DNA of 63,022 nt, the filler included, from Asterionella formosa (taxonomy: Eukaryota): the NCBI GenBank assembly GCA_002256025.1. It is 24 parts of 24 records of this genome, joined end to end, with 100 filler letters (N's around TTAATTAATTAA, not from the genome) between each part and the next. Parts side by side here need not be neighbours in the genome. Positions count along the whole stretch, not along the records: positions 59,851 to 61,384 come from NKIB01002016.1; positions 61,485 to 63,022 come from NKIB01002018.1; 22 more parts are not named here. The stretch is one strand, 5' to 3'. The notes beneath the pieces were generated by a model, which ran no database searches, was not told where the DNA came from, and saw only the letters and a list, made by a program, of their open reading frames with translations. Below, piece after piece: positions 59,751 to 63,022 of this stretch. The position numbers and the translations under genes were made by a program. Every line of letters starts with the position of its first letter. Positions within the stretch are counted from its first letter, which is position 1.

Positions 59751-61047
59751 NNNNNNNNNNNNNNNNNNNNNNNNNNNNNNNNNNNNNNNNNNNNTTAATT
59801 AATTAANNNNNNNNNNNNNNNNNNNNNNNNNNNNNNNNNNNNNNNNNNNNTCGCGTTCGCGTTCGCGTTGACGTGAATCTCAGTTACCACCGGTCACCCA
59901 TTGCGCCGTGCATCGCTTACTTTCATTTCTCGTCATGCTCACACTGGAGAATACCGGCTCAGCAGCCCACTCGCCACTCGCCGTATTCGTCCTCCAAAAG
60001 TCAAAGGTCCCTCCCGAATCTCGCCGGTTCCCACTGAGTCGATGAAGAAAGCAAGAAGCACCCGTGTGTCAACCGTAACAACAAAGTATGCCTAGCGGGA
60101 GACCGCCATCGAGGTTGGACCTTAGGGAGCCAGCCTTTTTTTCGTAGTTGTGGTGGGGATCGCTCATCACGAGGGATTGTACGAACAAGCGCGCAATAAG
60201 ACAAGCGTTAGATGCGATATTTAAAAAAGCATCAAGATTTCGCATGTGGATGGTTTGTTTGTACTTTACATTTTATAGGTTTTTTATTTATTTTATGAAC
60301 AAAAGCGCAAAAGTGTACCGGAAATAATATTCTCATTATTATTACCGGTATTATTAGACTACTGATCACGATGATTTGTGAAGAAGCATTTGAACAGATC
60401 GCCCACCATGACGGCACTGTTTTTCTTGCATCGGCACTAAAATACAAATGTCATAGAGCAAGAATGACGACGCAAAGGAAGGTACCAGTACTGGTAGCAG
60501 GTACCTGGTACCAGTACCGCTATGTATATCGCTGCACACAAATTCAATTACCGGTACCTGGTACCAGGTACCGCGGGTAGGCTGATACCATGTGCCTGGT
60601 ATCAGGTACCGGTACCAGGTACCTGGTATAGAATATGATGGTCTATGTGCCAGTAAATAAATACGTGGTACCGTATACTGTCAATATGTAAACGGTAGAA
60701 AGATGTATGTATATGACGTATACATATCGACAAGCAGTCCAAAAATATCATCAGTCATCGCCAATCTGGAGAAGAGACCTAAAGTTCAATGCCATACCGG
60801 TTAGTACAGTATAGATATAGCAGAAATAAAATAGGTGAGCCTATTAGACTGAAGTATTTCGAGCTATTTATCGTACATTGTCCATATATATCAACTTGAA
60901 TCGTGGCCGTTTCGATTTGATGTGGTTGCCTCTTGCTTGCCTTGACTCTATTCAATTTTTGCTTTGCCACGGTTTTGCTCATAGAATACGACGAACAGTG
61001 TTTTATGCCAAACAAATAATGTAAGTTTTCGTCAATTGAATTGCTCG

Positions 61048-61278
61048 TCTCATCTCATCTCATCTCACTCTCTCTCGTCTCTTCTCGTTCGTTCCTTCCT
61101 GCCTGCTTTCGACTCGCTCTACTTCCCTCATCATGGGAAGGAGACGAGAAACTGCAGTTCCAGTTACAGTTCCAATTCCAATTCCAATTCCAATTCCAAT
61201 TTGCTTGCTCACACCAGCCACTTCTTCCATTATCGTCGTTCCATGTCTTTGCGTTTCCGTTTCCGTTTCCGTTTCCGT
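61048..61278 (+). repeat. Microsatellite cluster: (TCTCA)n, (TTCCAA)n and (TTTCCG)n
   Basis: Directly visible at ~61048-61067, ~61170-61199 and ~61254-61278. Confidence 0.9.
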
Positions 61279-62789
61279 GCTCAACAGAAACGAATAAAAT
61301 GAATCTACTTTTACTTTTACTTTTCGCCTTGACCTTTCTAGGAAAGTCAATGTTGTCTTCGCCACGGTATGCCTACTCGAACTCNNNNNNNNNNNNNNNN
61401 NNNNNNNNNNNNNNNNNNNNNNNNNNNNTTAATTAATTAANNNNNNNNNNNNNNNNNNNNNNNNNNNNNNNNNNNNNNNNNNNNCCAATCCTGTTGGAAG
61501 CAGTCGCAATCAAATCCAAACTCAAGCGCAGCAGTTGAATGGTGGCTGCCGCTAAAGCTCCCAACACGGGAGGATCAGGAGCGGACATGCTGCTCTATAG
61601 AAGGGCGGGGCGGGGCTGGGCGTGTCTTTGATGTTGAGATTGCAATGGGTCAGCTACCGTTTTGTGTATTGTCGGACTCTACTTTAATATGATTCCATGG
61701 TCATCAATCAAGCAAGAATCTGGATTCTTTCGTGATAAAAGATCCTACCTGATGGTAGGTACCAGGTACCATTCATCAGGTATAGCTACCAAGAAGTCCG
61801 GAGATATTTTTACGTACTCTGGAGTAGTATATACCAATAAAAAAGGTAGAAAAACATCCTCATGTACATAAAAGCAACAACAAAAATCTATGAACATCTC
61901 TTGTGTTCTTCATTGATCGATGGAATATCTATAGAAGCACATAGAGGAAGACTTATTTAGAGCCCATGAATACATAGCAACAGCTTCCTGTGGCGTTATT
62001 ACGCACAAGTTCAAATACATATACAATACACATGTAGGTGCCAGGCACTACTACCTGGTACCGGTATGAATAATACAAAGTACCTGGGACCAGGTACCAG
62101 GGTACTAGCTACAGAGCATATGAAATAAGGTCGAAGGGCTACTATATTTTGAGAACGACAGGTACCAGTACCAGTACCTGGTGAGGTACTAGGTACGAGG
62201 TCCCTACCGACATTGCTATTAGTATACCGTTTTTTCAATTGTCGAACAGTGAAGTACGGTACCGGTACCTGTATTCCAATATGGAAGCTGTGTACTGCTA
62301 GCAAAGCAGTATTTTTATTCGCACAAAAATGGGATTTTTTTGACCCTCCAAGCATGCTGCAGGCAATCATGGCAGCTACTTTGGTGGTTTGGTTCTATCA
62401 TGGTTATCTACTTTTATCATCCATCTCTAGTATGATAGTCCTGCCCATTGCTTTACCAGCCACAATCTCATTCCAGTAATGCCTAGTATTCAGTTTTAGA
62501 AATAGGATTGCTTCAAGCACAGCTGGTGATGTGCATTGCTTGACTTCCTCAAACAAGTAAGAATGTTTGGCAATGGACAAAAGCCTTTCATACCAACTTA
62601 CAGAATTAACAATGAGGATTTCAAGAAAGGTTTAATTCTCATTGATGGATTGAACAGCATACTTGCAATATTTAATCCTCTTCTGCATCAAATCTTAATA
62701 GTTTTGTCACTACTCTGAAGGAACAGCCCCACATGAATTTTCAAGACATGATCATTCTTCAGAGTTATCATCACTCATACGCCTTCCTA

Positions 62790-63022
62790 AATTTAGCATC
62801 ATTAGTATTGCTCTCTTCAGCATTCAGCTCGTCCTCATCTTTCATTATCTTGTTCATTACCACCAACTCAAACAGTTTGTCATGCACAATTTGTGCATTA
62901 ATGGCTAGGTAATTTTTAAACTTGGGAAAGTTTTCAAGCACAAGATCAAAAAATTTACAGACTTGCAGGGATGTGATTTCTTCTCTCTGGAGTGCTACTG
63001 TCGTGACTTGACTGAACTTTAT
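62790..63022 (-). pseudogene. hAT-like (RNase H fold) transposase relic of the type common in stramenopiles
   Basis: The reverse frame reads KFSQVTTVALQREEITSLQVCKFFDLVLENFPKFKNYLAINAQIVHDKLFE, matching the pattern F..VT..LQ....L..V..LFD......P....YL...A.IVH...FE. Confidence 0.55.

Noticed and set aside
61036..61384. ORFs with QFQFQF, SNSNSN, RFRFRF and IGIGIG runs
   Set aside because: Products of hexanucleotide microsatellites.

Overview
This window is not one locus. It is 24 contigs joined by 23 artificial ~100-nt spacers (N-run, TTAATTAATTAA, N-run): 23 contigs of ~1.54 kb and one of ~25.3 kb (4931-30225). Adjacency across spacers therefore carries no meaning. Most of the DNA looks like a repeat-rich diatom or other photosynthetic stramenopile nuclear genome: it has GT-AG introns and a nuclear petC with a signal peptide plus an AAF-AP plastid-targeting motif. 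Host genes are methylmalonate-semialdehyde dehydrogenase (ALDH6), a stand-alone UBR4 C-terminal E3-like protein, a membrane-anchored GH63-like protein, petC, and fragments of trpA-like, CRAL-TRIO, LRR and MORN genes. Mobile DNA dominates: several Ty1/copia pieces, a decayed Ty3/gypsy, a DIRS/Ngaro-type element, a TIR-bounded pogo-like transposon, Plavaka-like and hAT-like transposase relics, MITEs and a Crinkler-like relic. One contig (1645-3187) is bacterial (two GT2 genes plus NlpC/P60). The two strongest leads are (1) a DIRS-type element whose gag and pol share a frame separated only by UGA-CUAG and a downstream stem, suggesting programmed stop-codon readthrough, and (2) pervasive TA-CC(A/T)GG-TA micro-insertions and GGTACC arrays that may be accumulated transposon excision footprints. 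All family assignments come from reading motifs by eye; no database search was run.
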